Of a DNA stretch of 64,000 nucleotides, positions 39,644 to 49,095 are shown one piece after another. This DNA comes from Gemmatimonadales bacterium (GTDB taxonomy: Bacteria > Gemmatimonadota > Gemmatimonadetes > Gemmatimonadales > GWC2-71-9). The stretch spans positions 69,522 to 133,521 of the forward strand of contig JBBQFH010000004.1 in the NCBI GenBank assembly GCA_038321865.1. Reading direction: 5' to 3'. The translations under genes and the position numbers were made by a program. The notes beneath the pieces were generated by a model. That model made no database searches. It was not told where the DNA came from and was given only the letters and a program-made list of their open reading frames with translations. Each line of letters begins with the position of its first letter. Position 1 is the stretch's first letter.

Positions 39644-41484
39644 GGCGCCGGCTCCGGCGCCGTGAGCGCGAAGACCCACACCATTCCTCCCCAACTCGTG
39701 TGTCGCGCCAGGTCGGCCACGACCTCGGCCGGGACGCGCGTGTCGTACGGTGCGTCGGCCCTCACATCGCCGGCGATCAGCGCGCCCATGTCACCGCCGA
39801 TGCCGGCGTAGATCGCCACGTACTGGCGGCCGTCCGGGCCGAGGTAGGTGATGGGATTCCCGACGATGCCGGAGCCGATCTTCAGCTTCCAGAGCACGGC
39901 GCCGGTGCGCGCGTTGACCACCTTGAACCAGCCATCCAGCGTGCCGTAGAAGACCAGGTCGCCGGCGGTCGCGAGCGTGCCGCTCCAGACCGGGTAGGGC
40001 TCGCGGATCCCCCAGACCTTTCGCCGCGCGACCGCATCCCAGGCCATGAACTCGCCGCGATACCCGCCGGGGCCGGCGTGATACGGCGCGCTCGCGCCGA
40101 TGTATGGCGTGCCGGCGATGTAGCTGACATCCCGGACCTTCCAGTCCATGCACATGTTGTTGCTCGGCACGTAGAACAGGCCGGTCCGCGGGGAGTAGGC
40201 CGCTGGCCCCTGGTCCTTGCCTCCCTCGAGCGATGGGCAGATGTCGCGCGTCCAGCCCGCCCCGCCCGTCATCTTCGCCGGGTCCACCCGCGGCCGGCCG
40301 GTGGCGAGATCCACTCCGCGCGCCCAGTTCAGGAAGACGTACGGATCGGCCGACAGCACCTCTCCCGTGGCGCGATCCTGCACGTACGCGAAGCCGTTCC
40401 GGTCGAAGCGCACCAGCACCCGGCGCTCGCGTCCGGCGATCCGAAGATTCACCAGAATATTTTCATTCACGCCGTCGTAGTCCCATCCATCGTGCGGTGT
40501 CTGCTGGTAGGCCCAGCGCAGCGCACCGGTGGCGGGGTCGCGCGCGAGGGTGCTGGTCGCCCACTTGTTGTCGCCGGGCCGCTGCGTCGGGTTCCACGGA
40601 CCGGGATTGCTGGTGCCGTGATACAGGAGCCGCAGCTCGGGATCGTATGAGATCCATCCCCACGCGGTGGCGCCGCCGATCTTCCAGGCATCGTGCGGCC
40701 ATGAGGTGGCGGCCTGCTCGGGGGCTCGATCGGCCGGGTAGAATGGATGGAAGCCGGAGTCGGCGAGGACGTCACGATCGGGGCCGGCATTGTAGGCGCG
40801 CCAGACCTGGCGGCCGGTCCGGACGTCCAACGCGGCGATCCAGCCGCGCACGCCGTATTCCCCGCCGCTCACGCCGACGATGAGCCGGTCGCCGATCACC
40901 AGCGGCGCCATCGTCATCGATTCGCCGCGGTTGATGTCGCCCAGCTGCGTCCGCCACATCAGCCGGCCGGTTTCCGCATCGAGCGCCACCGTCTCCACGT
41001 CGAGGAGATTGTAGATGATCTTGCCGTCGGCGAATGCGGGCCCCCGGTTGACGACGTCACAGCACGCGACGCCCTGCGCGGCAGGGTTGACGTCGGGGCG
41101 GTATTTCCACTTGAGCGGATAGCCTTCGCGCGTGAGGTCGAAGGCGTAGGCCACGTTCGGGAAGGGCGTGACGACGTACATCGTATTATGAACGACCAGC
41201 GGCTGGCCTTCGTGACCGCGCAGCGTCCCGGTCGCGAAAGTCCAGGCGACCCGCAGGTCCTTCACGTTGGCGACGGTGATCTGATTGAGCGGGCTGAACC
41301 GCGTGTTGGCGAAGTCGCGGGCGGGGAGGCGCCACTCGCCGTCGGCCGAAGGGTCAACGCCGGAGGGGACGACCGCGCCGCTGACCGCACGGTTCAGCGG
41401 GGCCGGGCGGGGCTCGCGATCGCGGCAGGCGCCGAGCATCATCGCGAGCAGCAGCCCATGAGTGGTCCAGCGGCAACACGGCAT
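39640..41484 (-). CDS. xoxF: PQQ-dependent methanol/ethanol-family dehydrogenase, XoxF-like (lanthanide-type motif)
   Basis: LRGHEG, vicinal CCDVVNRG, GGEYGVRG, SNPGPWN, WDYDGVNE, FDRNGF, GDLVFYGTLDG; N-terminal lipobox LGA-C. Confidence 0.75.
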   Translation of the reverse strand: MPCCRWTTHGLLLAMMLGACRDREPRPAPLNRAVSGAVVPSGVDPSADGEWRLPARDFANTRFSPLNQITVANVKDLRVAWTFATGTLRGHEGQPLVVHNTMYVVTPFPNVAYAFDLTREGYPLKWKYRPDVNPAAQGVACCDVVNRGPAFADGKIIYNLLDVETVALDAETGRLMWRTQLGDINRGESMTMAPLVIGDRLIVGVSGGEYGVRGWIAALDVRTGRQVWRAYNAGPDRDVLADSGFHPFYPADRAPEQAATSWPHDAWKIGGATAWGWISYDPELRLLYHGTSNPGPWNPTQRPGDNKWATSTLARDPATGALRWAYQQTPHDGWDYDGVNENILVNLRIAGRERRVLVRFDRNGFAYVQDRATGEVLSADPYVFLNWARGVDLATGRPRVDPAKMTGGAGWTRDICPSLEGGKDQGPAAYSPRTGLFYVPSNNMCMDWKVRDVSYIAGTPYIGASAPYHAGPGGYRGEFMAWDAVARRKVWGIREPYPVWSGTLATAGDLVFYGTLDGWFKVVNARTGAVLWKLKIGSGIVGNPITYLGPDGRQYVAIYAGIGGDMGALIAGDVRADAPYDTRVPAEVVADLARHTSWGGMVWVFALTAPEPAP

Positions 41485-41552
41485 CCGGCCTCCGCGGATG
41501 ACTGTTTGACCCGGCGACAAATGCACGTTAGCAAGACCCGCGGGTGGCGCAA

Positions 41553-41582
41553 GGTCCGCATGAAGAATTCTTCATGCGGACC
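41553..41582. repeat. Perfect 30-bp palindrome (candidate operator) between the divergent xoxF-like and multicopper oxidase genes
   Basis: GGTCCGCATGAAGAA|TTCTTCATGCGGACC; extra CTTCATG half-site at 41592-41598; TAGATT -10-like element at 41608-41613. Confidence 0.8.
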
Positions 41583-41654
41583 CTGCCGCGGCTTCATGGG
41601 GCGCCCGTAGATTGGCGGCTGGGTCGAGCGCCACTTCTTCTCGGGAGCCGCACC

Positions 41655-42719
41655 GTGTCAGCTGAGTCAATCACCCCGGATGCCGGTCGTCGTGCCTTCC
41701 TCCGGAAGGGTGCCACCGTCGCCCTCGCGCTGCCCGCGTTCGCCGCGGTCGCCTCCTGCGAGCGGAAGGCCGGCGCCACCGGTCAGGCCCTGCCGTCGGC
41801 CCCCCCTCAGGCGACCAATGCCGCGGCACCGGCCGCGATGCCTGACCCCCGAGCGGCCAGCGACAAGATGGACGCGATGCACGAGGCGGGCGTGAAGGCG
41901 TTCCCGGCCAAGACCGAGGGCAAGGGCAACCAGCTGATGGAGCCGCGGATGGACGGGCGGGTCAAGGTGTACGAGCTGACCGCCGAAGAAATCGAGTGGG
42001 AGGTGTCACCCGGCCAGCGGAAGAAGGCGTGGACCTATAACCGACAGCTTCCGGGCCCGCAGATCCGGGTGACGGAAGGCGACCGCGTCCGGGTCATCCT
42101 GCACAACAGGCTGCCCGAATCCACGGTGATTCATTTCCACGGGCTCGAGGTCCCCAACGATCAGGACGGGGTGCCGTACATCACGCAGCCGCCGGTGAAG
42201 CCGGGGGCGACTTACACCTACGAGTTCACGGTGCCGAACGCCGGGTCGCACATGTATCACTCCCATCACAACGCGACCATCCAGGTCGGAATGGGTCTGC
42301 TGGGGGCCTTCGTCGTCGCGCCTCGGCGCCCGCTGCCGGCCCATCGCGCCGATCTCGACTACGTGATGATCCTGAACGACGCGGCCCACGGCTTCACGCT
42401 CAACGGAAAGGGCTTCCCCGCGACGGAGCCGCTCGTGGTCACGCGGGGCCAGACGGTCAGGATCCGTTTCATGAACGAGGGCGTCATGATCCACCCGATG
42501 CACCTTCACGGGATGCACATGACGGTCATCGCCAAGGATGGATGGGATCAGCCGGCGCCGTGGAAGTGTGACACGCTGAACATCGCGCCGGGAGAGCGGT
42601 GGGACGTCCTGGTAAAGGCGACCAACCCCGGGACCTGGGCCTTCCACTGCCATATTCTGGCGCACGCCGAATCCTCACACGGGATGTTCGGCATGGTCAC
42701 CGCGCTGATCGTGCAGTAG
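41655..42719 (+). CDS. Two-domain multicopper oxidase (small laccase-like), Tat-exported
   Basis: RRAFLRK Tat motif; HFHG, MYHSH, HPMHLHG, HCHILAH...GM; T1 Cys only in domain 2. Confidence 0.85.
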   Translation: MSAESITPDAGRRAFLRKGATVALALPAFAAVASCERKAGATGQALPSAPPQATNAAAPAAMPDPRAASDKMDAMHEAGVKAFPAKTEGKGNQLMEPRMDGRVKVYELTAEEIEWEVSPGQRKKAWTYNRQLPGPQIRVTEGDRVRVILHNRLPESTVIHFHGLEVPNDQDGVPYITQPPVKPGATYTYEFTVPNAGSHMYHSHHNATIQVGMGLLGAFVVAPRRPLPAHRADLDYVMILNDAAHGFTLNGKGFPATEPLVVTRGQTVRIRFMNEGVMIHPMHLHGMHMTVIAKDGWDQPAPWKCDTLNIAPGERWDVLVKATNPGTWAFHCHILAHAESSHGMFGMVTALIVQ

Positions 42720-42722
42720 GGC

Positions 42723-44366
42723 TCAGCCGGCGGCCAGGCGCAGCGCCTCGTCCAGGCTCCTCGCCCCCGCGTGCGCCACCAGATCGAGCACGCCTGACCG
42801 CGCCATCGCCGCCATCGGCTGGGCCTGTACCTCCGACAGGATCACGCGGGTGCCATCCCGCGCGCTCTGGCGGACCAGGTCCTTGAGCGCGTGCAGGCCG
42901 GTCGCGTCGATGGCGGGGACGTGGCGCATGCGAAGAATCAGGACGCGTGGGCGGGCGGCGACCTGGCCGACCGCGTTCCGGAATGCTTCCGCCGCGCCGA
43001 AGAAGAACGGGCCATTGATCTCGTAGACCTGCACGCCCGTGGGCACCTGCCGCCGGAACAGGGCGCCCGACTCATCCGTGCTCGCGACCCCCGGCTCGGT
43101 GAATTCCTGCGACACCATCTCCACGCTCGTGACATCCGCCATCCGCTTCATGAACAGGAATGCGGCCAGCACCATTCCCACTTCGATCGCGACGGTCAGG
43201 TCCACCAGCACCGTCAGCAGAAACGTCGCCAGCAGGACCAGCACGTCGCTGCGCGGGGCGCTGAGATTGCTGCGGAAGGCGCGCCACTCGCTCATGTGAT
43301 AGGCGACGACGACGAGGATCGCGGCCAGCGCCGCGAGCGGGATGAGCGCCGCCCAGCGGCCGAACGCGACCGTGATCAGCAGCAGGGTGAGCGCGTGGAT
43401 GATCCCGGCCACCGGCGTCCGGCCGCCGTTCTTCACGTTGGTCGCGGTCCGGGCGATCGCCCCGGTGGCCGGGATGCCCCCGAACAGCGGGCTGGCGATG
43501 TTCGCGATGCCCTGGGCCACGAGCTCCATGTTCGAGCGGTGACGCCCGCCGATCATGCCGTCCGCCACCACCGCAGACAACAGCGATTCGACGGCTGCGA
43601 GCAGCGCGATGGTAAATGCGGGTGCGACCAGCGTCGGCAGCACGCCGAGCGGCACGCGCGGGAGGTGCGGCATCGGCAGGCCGGCGTGGATGCCGCCGAA
43701 TCGCGAGCCGATCGTCTCGACCGGAAGGTGCAGCAGCGCGACAGCGAGCGTCGTGACGATCAGCGCGACGAACGGTCCCGGCAGCCTCCGGCTCACTCTG
43801 GGCCATAGGGCGATGATCAGCAGCGCCGCCGCCGAGGTGGCGATCGCCCACGGGTTCACGGCGGAGAGGTGCGTCCCGTAGGCCGACCATTTGGCCAGAA
43901 AGTCGGCGGGGAGTGCCGCCATCTGGAGGCCGAGGAGGTCCTTGATCTGGCTCGAGAAGATGATGACCGCGATCCCGCTGGTGAATCCGATCACGACCGG
44001 GTGGGGGATGAACTTGATGGCGGCGCCGAACCGGGCCAGCCCGAAGGCGATCAGGATCACGCCTGCCATGATCGTTGCGACGAGCAGGCCGTCGAGTCCG
44101 TGGCGCTGGATCACGCCGTAGACGATCACGACGAACGCGCCGGTGGGCCCGCCGATCTGCACCCGCGACCCTCCGAGAGCGGAGATCAGGAATCCGGCGA
44201 TGATCGCGGTGTAGAGCCCTCGCTCCGGCGTGACTCCGCTCGCGATGCCGAACGCGATCGCCAGTGGCAGGGCCACGATACCGACGATGAGGCCGGCGGT
44301 CAGATCGGCGACGAACTGGGCGCGGCTGTAGCTGCGGAGGGATGTGACGAGCTTGGGGACGAGCAA
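42723..44366 (-). CDS. SulP/SLC26 anion permease with STAS domain (DauA/YchM-like)
   Basis: GLYTAIIAGF...QIGGPTGA, ESLLSAVVADGM, ATGAIART, STAS GPFFFGAA...IDATG; likely TTG start at 44366. Confidence 0.9.
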   Translation of the reverse strand: MLVPKLVTSLRSYSRAQFVADLTAGLIVGIVALPLAIAFGIASGVTPERGLYTAIIAGFLISALGGSRVQIGGPTGAFVVIVYGVIQRHGLDGLLVATIMAGVILIAFGLARFGAAIKFIPHPVVIGFTSGIAVIIFSSQIKDLLGLQMAALPADFLAKWSAYGTHLSAVNPWAIATSAAALLIIALWPRVSRRLPGPFVALIVTTLAVALLHLPVETIGSRFGGIHAGLPMPHLPRVPLGVLPTLVAPAFTIALLAAVESLLSAVVADGMIGGRHRSNMELVAQGIANIASPLFGGIPATGAIARTATNVKNGGRTPVAGIIHALTLLLITVAFGRWAALIPLAALAAILVVVAYHMSEWRAFRSNLSAPRSDVLVLLATFLLTVLVDLTVAIEVGMVLAAFLFMKRMADVTSVEMVSQEFTEPGVASTDESGALFRRQVPTGVQVYEINGPFFFGAAEAFRNAVGQVAARPRVLILRMRHVPAIDATGLHALKDLVRQSARDGTRVILSEVQAQPMAAMARSGVLDLVAHAGARSLDEALRLAAG

Positions 44367-44367
44367 C

Positions 44368-45804
44368 TCAGTCGATGCCCACGCGGCCCTTGACCACCGC
44401 GATGAGCTTCGCCGAGTCATAGCCCACCCCATCCTTGAACACGGTCACCACCCGGCGGATCGCCGCGGGCTCGGAGACGAGATTGCCGTCGATCACCACC
44501 AGATCGGCCAGCTTGCCGCGCTCGACCGTGCCGAGGCGGTCGGAGACGCCGAGGATCCTGGCGCCGTTCAAGGTCATGATCTGGATGGTCCGCTGCGGGG
44601 TGAACCCAGCCTCGACCAGCAGCTCGTAGTTGCGCTGGTCGCCGAAGCCCGGCAGCGCTCCGCCCACCCCGGTGGGATCCACCCCGGCACCCAGCAACCC
44701 GCCCGCGTCGGCGAACGCCTTCTCGAACGCCATGGCGTTGGCGAGCATCGCCGCCGTCAGTGCCGGATGCGACAAGGTGTCCAGCCCGGCGCGAAACTGC
44801 GTGTAGGCATCGCGCACCGCGGGCGACATCATGTCGAGGACGCGCGCGTCGGTCACGGGGCGGTGCGGGAAGAACGTCTCGTAAACGGCCAGCGTCGAAG
44901 TCATGCCGACGTGATGGTCCACCATTTTCCGGATGGTTGCGTTCCAGGAGGCGTTCGCCGGAGTGGCCGAGGCGGTGCGGACGGTGCTGTTGTCGGGGCA
45001 GGCGTCCGGGGTCTTGAGCGAATCGAAGTCGGTGGCGGTGAACAGGCCATGCTCGAGATTGTCGATCCCCAGATCCACCGCTTCCTGGAAGCTCACCGAG
45101 CAGAGGTGGCCGGTGACCTTCATCCCGCGCTTGTGCGCCTCGTCGATCGCGGCCTGCAGATCGGCCCGGCGAATGCTGGTATAGGCCTTGATCCAGGTCA
45201 CCCCCTCCTGCGACCAGTACGCCACGAACCGCCGCGCCGCTTCGGGCGACGTGATCTCGGCCATGCTCCCGCCTGTGCCGCCTGAGCCGCCGGTGATGTA
45301 GGGTGCCGTCAGGTGGATTCTCGGCCCGGGCACCCGCCCCGAATCGACCGCCTCCTTGGTGTTGATCTCCGCGTAGGGCGAGCGCCCGCCTGTGGTCCGG
45401 ATCGTCGTCACGCCGCTGGCGAGATACAGGCGGGGCCCGGTGAACGACATCTGGGCCGCGCGGCCGCCGGCGGCGGTGTAGAACAGATGATCGTGGACCC
45501 CGACGATACCCGGAATCACGGTGTGTCCGGTGAGGTCGATGACCCGTGCCCCCGCCGGCGCCTTCACTCGGCCGGCCGGCCCGACGTCGGCGATCCGGCC
45601 GCCCCGAAGGACGATCGTCTGTCCGGTTCTGGGCGCGGTCCCGGTTCCGTCGATCAGGGTCGCGTTCGACAGCACGACCACGCTGTCCGCCACCGATACG
45701 AACATCTCGCGGATACGAGGGCTCAGGCGGTCCGCCGACTGTGCGGTCAGCGCCGAGGCGGCGGCGAGCGGCAGCAGCGGGAGGAGCAGGGACGCCGGGC
45801 GCAT
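44368..45804 (-). CDS. Exported amidohydrolase-superfamily protein
   Basis: Signal peptide; NATLIDGTG, PGIVGVHDH, GVTTIR, GHL, LEHG, GVD, GKLADLVV. Confidence 0.85.
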   Translation of the reverse strand: MRPASLLLPLLPLAAASALTAQSADRLSPRIREMFVSVADSVVVLSNATLIDGTGTAPRTGQTIVLRGGRIADVGPAGRVKAPAGARVIDLTGHTVIPGIVGVHDHLFYTAAGGRAAQMSFTGPRLYLASGVTTIRTTGGRSPYAEINTKEAVDSGRVPGPRIHLTAPYITGGSGGTGGSMAEITSPEAARRFVAYWSQEGVTWIKAYTSIRRADLQAAIDEAHKRGMKVTGHLCSVSFQEAVDLGIDNLEHGLFTATDFDSLKTPDACPDNSTVRTASATPANASWNATIRKMVDHHVGMTSTLAVYETFFPHRPVTDARVLDMMSPAVRDAYTQFRAGLDTLSHPALTAAMLANAMAFEKAFADAGGLLGAGVDPTGVGGALPGFGDQRNYELLVEAGFTPQRTIQIMTLNGARILGVSDRLGTVERGKLADLVVIDGNLVSEPAAIRRVVTVFKDGVGYDSAKLIAVVKGRVGID

Positions 45805-45832
45805 GGGCAGGCTCCTGGAACGGGGCGGGACG

Positions 45833-47989
45833 TCAGTCGACGGTGAAGGCCATCATCATGTCGGCCGCGAGATGCTCGGCGATGTGACAGTGTAGCATCC
45901 AGCGGCCCGGGTTGGATAGATCCACCAGCAGATCCACCACCGAGCCGGCCGGCACCAGCACGGTATCCTTCCAGACGAGGTTGTCACTCGGCACGCCGTT
46001 CACGTCGAGGACCAGGAAGCGCTGGCCATGCACGTGAATCGGGTGCTGCATGGCGTGGAGCGTCCGTCGCTCGTTCACCAGGCGCAGCTTCACCACGTCT
46101 CCCCGGCGGAAACGCCAGTCGATGTCCATGTTCTCGCGGCCGGTCGCGGCGTCGCGGAGCACCCACCGCACTTGTCGCGTCGTCGCCGACCAATTCATCG
46201 TCGGCATCGTCCCGCTCCATTCGACCGGCGCGAACCAGATCGAATCGAGCTGCATCAGCTGGCGGGTGATGAAGGGCAGGTCCTGCGATGCCATGGCGAG
46301 CACCAGGGTCCGGTCCACCGGGCGGGCAAACTCCTTCCGAAAGCGGGCGATGTCCGCCGCCGCGGCGGTGTCGGGCCGCGCGACGTCAAAGGTGCGCGAG
46401 ATCGCCGGTGCGCCGGCCGGGCCCGCCACAGTCACGGTGCCAAGCGTGTCCCACTGCGGAAAGAACCTGCCGTACAGATGATCGAGCGCCTGGACGCGAT
46501 TGACGAACGGCGTCATTCCGGGATGGTCGAAGCGCACATGGACGATGTAGCGCTCGGCGGGGGCGATGACGACGCTCTCGACCCACTCCTCCCGCTCGAA
46601 GTTCCCCGCGTCGCCGCCCACCACCTTCATTCGGCTGCCCGGAAACGACAGGTTCAGGGTGCGGGTGTTGGACACGTTGGTGAGCAGGAAGCGGACGACC
46701 TCTCCACGCCGGACGTTCAAGTGGTAGTCTGGCTCACCGTTGACGAGAAACTGGTTGCCGAACCGGCCCGTCAGCGCATGCGTCGAAGCCGTTCTGCCGT
46801 AGGGAACGAGGCCGTCAGCGCCGAGCAGCAGGTCGTCGAGGATGAGGACCTCTTCGCGATGCGCCGGACTGAAATAGTCTGGGCGCGGCGAGCGGACGAC
46901 AATGTTGCCGTACAGCCCGAGATCCTGCTGGGCCTCCTCGCGCACGTGGGGATGGTACCAGTACAACCCGGCGTCGGGAAAACGGATCCGGTAGGTGAAC
47001 CGACCGCCGGGCGGCACCGCTTTCTGGGTGAGCCCGGGGACGCCGTCGAAGCGATTGTCCAGCCGGATGCCGTGCCAGTGCACGGTCGTGGGTTGATCGA
47101 GGTCGTTGCGGAACTGTACCGTGATCGCCGCGCCGCGCGTGACCTCAACGAGGGGGCCAGAAAACTGCCCGTTGAAGCCGTACATCGTGATCGCGCGCCC
47201 CTTGATCGTCCGGCGGACGAGTCCGGAGACCAGCCGAAGGGTATCGCCGTCTCGCAGGCGGACGAGTTCGCGCCGACGTGCCCACGGCGTGCCGGCTCCG
47301 GCGCGCGGCAGGTAGGGCGGTTCGAGCGGGCGGAGCGCCATCTCGCCCGGCAGCATCGGGAGGCCGGGGGGCATCGGCACCGATGCCCAGCTCAGCGTAT
47401 CGGGGTGCGACACGAAAGCACCGTCCGCCTGATGATGCATCGGGCTCGCATCGGCCGGTGTGGCACCAAGCACGAATTGTGAGAGGTCCGGCGGCTGCAG
47501 CCGCATGCTGGGAGAGGTGCCGCGCAGGATCAGGCGCCGCGACGGCTCGGCCGGCCGGGCCGATCGTTCCGCTGTCACGAGGATGACGAACTTGTCCAGC
47601 TCGATCACCGCGAGCCGCGTGCGTCCGTTGCCGACCTCCCCGAGGCGTACCACGGGATACATCAGCGGCGTGGCCGCCCAGGCCACGTAGGTCGTGTAGC
47701 CGCCAAGGGATGCCGGTGCCGGCAACCCGGCCAGCGAGATCGTCGGCGCGTAGCGGGCGATGCCGTCCGCGGTGACGCCGACGGTGAATGGGCCGGGGGT
47801 GCGTCCGAGTTCGACGGTGCCGGTTACACCGCCGTTTCCCGGTGTCGCGATCAGCTCGAGGCAGTAGAGGTCCTGGCTGGGGCCGAAATCGGATTGCGGG
47901 CCCACGCATGGTCCCTCGGGCGCGCCGGCAGACACTCCAAGCATCGCGACGAGCGCGGCGCCGGCGAGGCCACGCCGTACCGACGTCAT
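45833..47989 (-). CDS. Three-domain multicopper oxidase with an extra N-terminal domain
   Basis: Signal peptide from ATG 47989; HWHG, WYHPH, HPIHVHG, HCHIAEH...M. Confidence 0.85.
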   Translation of the reverse strand: MTSVRRGLAGAALVAMLGVSAGAPEGPCVGPQSDFGPSQDLYCLELIATPGNGGVTGTVELGRTPGPFTVGVTADGIARYAPTISLAGLPAPASLGGYTTYVAWAATPLMYPVVRLGEVGNGRTRLAVIELDKFVILVTAERSARPAEPSRRLILRGTSPSMRLQPPDLSQFVLGATPADASPMHHQADGAFVSHPDTLSWASVPMPPGLPMLPGEMALRPLEPPYLPRAGAGTPWARRRELVRLRDGDTLRLVSGLVRRTIKGRAITMYGFNGQFSGPLVEVTRGAAITVQFRNDLDQPTTVHWHGIRLDNRFDGVPGLTQKAVPPGGRFTYRIRFPDAGLYWYHPHVREEAQQDLGLYGNIVVRSPRPDYFSPAHREEVLILDDLLLGADGLVPYGRTASTHALTGRFGNQFLVNGEPDYHLNVRRGEVVRFLLTNVSNTRTLNLSFPGSRMKVVGGDAGNFEREEWVESVVIAPAERYIVHVRFDHPGMTPFVNRVQALDHLYGRFFPQWDTLGTVTVAGPAGAPAISRTFDVARPDTAAAADIARFRKEFARPVDRTLVLAMASQDLPFITRQLMQLDSIWFAPVEWSGTMPTMNWSATTRQVRWVLRDAATGRENMDIDWRFRRGDVVKLRLVNERRTLHAMQHPIHVHGQRFLVLDVNGVPSDNLVWKDTVLVPAGSVVDLLVDLSNPGRWMLHCHIAEHLAADMMMAFTVD

Positions 47990-48076
47990 CGTGCCAGGTT
48001 GGTGCGGGGCATGACGCAGAGATAGAGCCCCGGCTGCATATCGCGCAAGGATCGGGTTTCGCGCTAGCTTTCGCGC

Positions 48077-49075
48077 ATGCGATTCATCGACAACACCGCC
48101 ATCACGGACGCTCGCCGGAATCTCGCGCTCGAGGAGCACATCCTCCGCCGGCGCATGGGCGAGGAGGATCTGCTGCTGTTCTACGTGAACGCCCCCGCGA
48201 TCATCATCGGGCGCAACCAGAATACCATCGAGGAGATCGATCCCGACGTCGTGGCCGCGCGTGACATTCGCGTCGTTCGGCGGATCTCCGGTGGCGGCGC
48301 GGTCTACCACGACCTGGGCAATTTGAATTTCAGCTTCATGACCCGCGACGTTCAGGGCCGCTTCAACCGGTACGAGGCATTCAACGGACCAGTGGTCGAG
48401 GTGCTCCGCGAGCTGGGCGTCCCGGCCGAGCTCGGCGGCCGAAACGACATCCTGGTCGCGGGGCGCAAGATTTCGGGGAACGCGCAGTTCGCGACCCCCG
48501 ACCGCATGCTGAGCCATGGCACGCTGCTGGTCGACTCGAGTCTCGACGACGTCTCGGCGGCGCTCCGGCCGAAGCCGGGGAAGGTGGAGTCCAAAGGCGT
48601 GAAGTCGGTGCGCAGCCGGGTCGCCAACATCAGTGAATTCCTGCCGGCGCCGCTCGCCGTGGACGAGCTCCGCGACCGGATTCTGGAGCGCATCTTCGGG
48701 ACGCGTGACCGCCGAAAAATCCCGACCGTCGAGCTGGCCGCCGAGGACTGGCGGGCGGTGGACGCACTGGTCGAGGAACGCTACGGCGCCTGGGACTGGA
48801 ACTACGGCAAGGATCCGGAGAGTAACATCCAGCGGGCGGAGCGATTCCCCGCCGGTGAAATCGATATACGACTCAATGTGCGCCAGGGGCGCATCGCCGG
48901 TGTACGGTTCTTCGGGGATTACATGGGGCGGGTGGATGTGACCGAACTGGAGCGGTGCCTGGCCGGGGTGGCGTACGAGCGCTCAGCCGTGTCGGCTGCG
49001 CTCGGTGTCGTGAAGCTGGAGGACTATTTCGGTGCGATCGGTCCGGACGAGGTGCTCAGGGTGATTTGCCCCTGA
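48077..49075 (+). CDS. lplA: Lipoate-protein ligase A
   Basis: NLALEE, IGRNQN, RRISGGGAVYHDLGNLNFSF, RNDI, KISGNAQ, HGTLL, KSVRSRVANI, WDWNYG. Confidence 0.95.
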   Translation: MRFIDNTAITDARRNLALEEHILRRRMGEEDLLLFYVNAPAIIIGRNQNTIEEIDPDVVAARDIRVVRRISGGGAVYHDLGNLNFSFMTRDVQGRFNRYEAFNGPVVEVLRELGVPAELGGRNDILVAGRKISGNAQFATPDRMLSHGTLLVDSSLDDVSAALRPKPGKVESKGVKSVRSRVANISEFLPAPLAVDELRDRILERIFGTRDRRKIPTVELAAEDWRAVDALVEERYGAWDWNYGKDPESNIQRAERFPAGEIDIRLNVRQGRIAGVRFFGDYMGRVDVTELERCLAGVAYERSAVSAALGVVKLEDYFGAIGPDEVLRVICP

Positions 49076-49095
49076 GCCACCCCGCAGGCCACGGG

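Noticed and set aside
39640..41484. Calcium-dependent MxaF methanol dehydrogenase
   Set aside because: Has D-Y-D rather than D-Y-A, and no mxaI/J/ACKL neighbours.
47990..48517. 176-aa N-terminal extension of the 894-aa MCO ORF
   Set aside because: Antisense to lplA; a clear signal peptide starts at ATG 47989.
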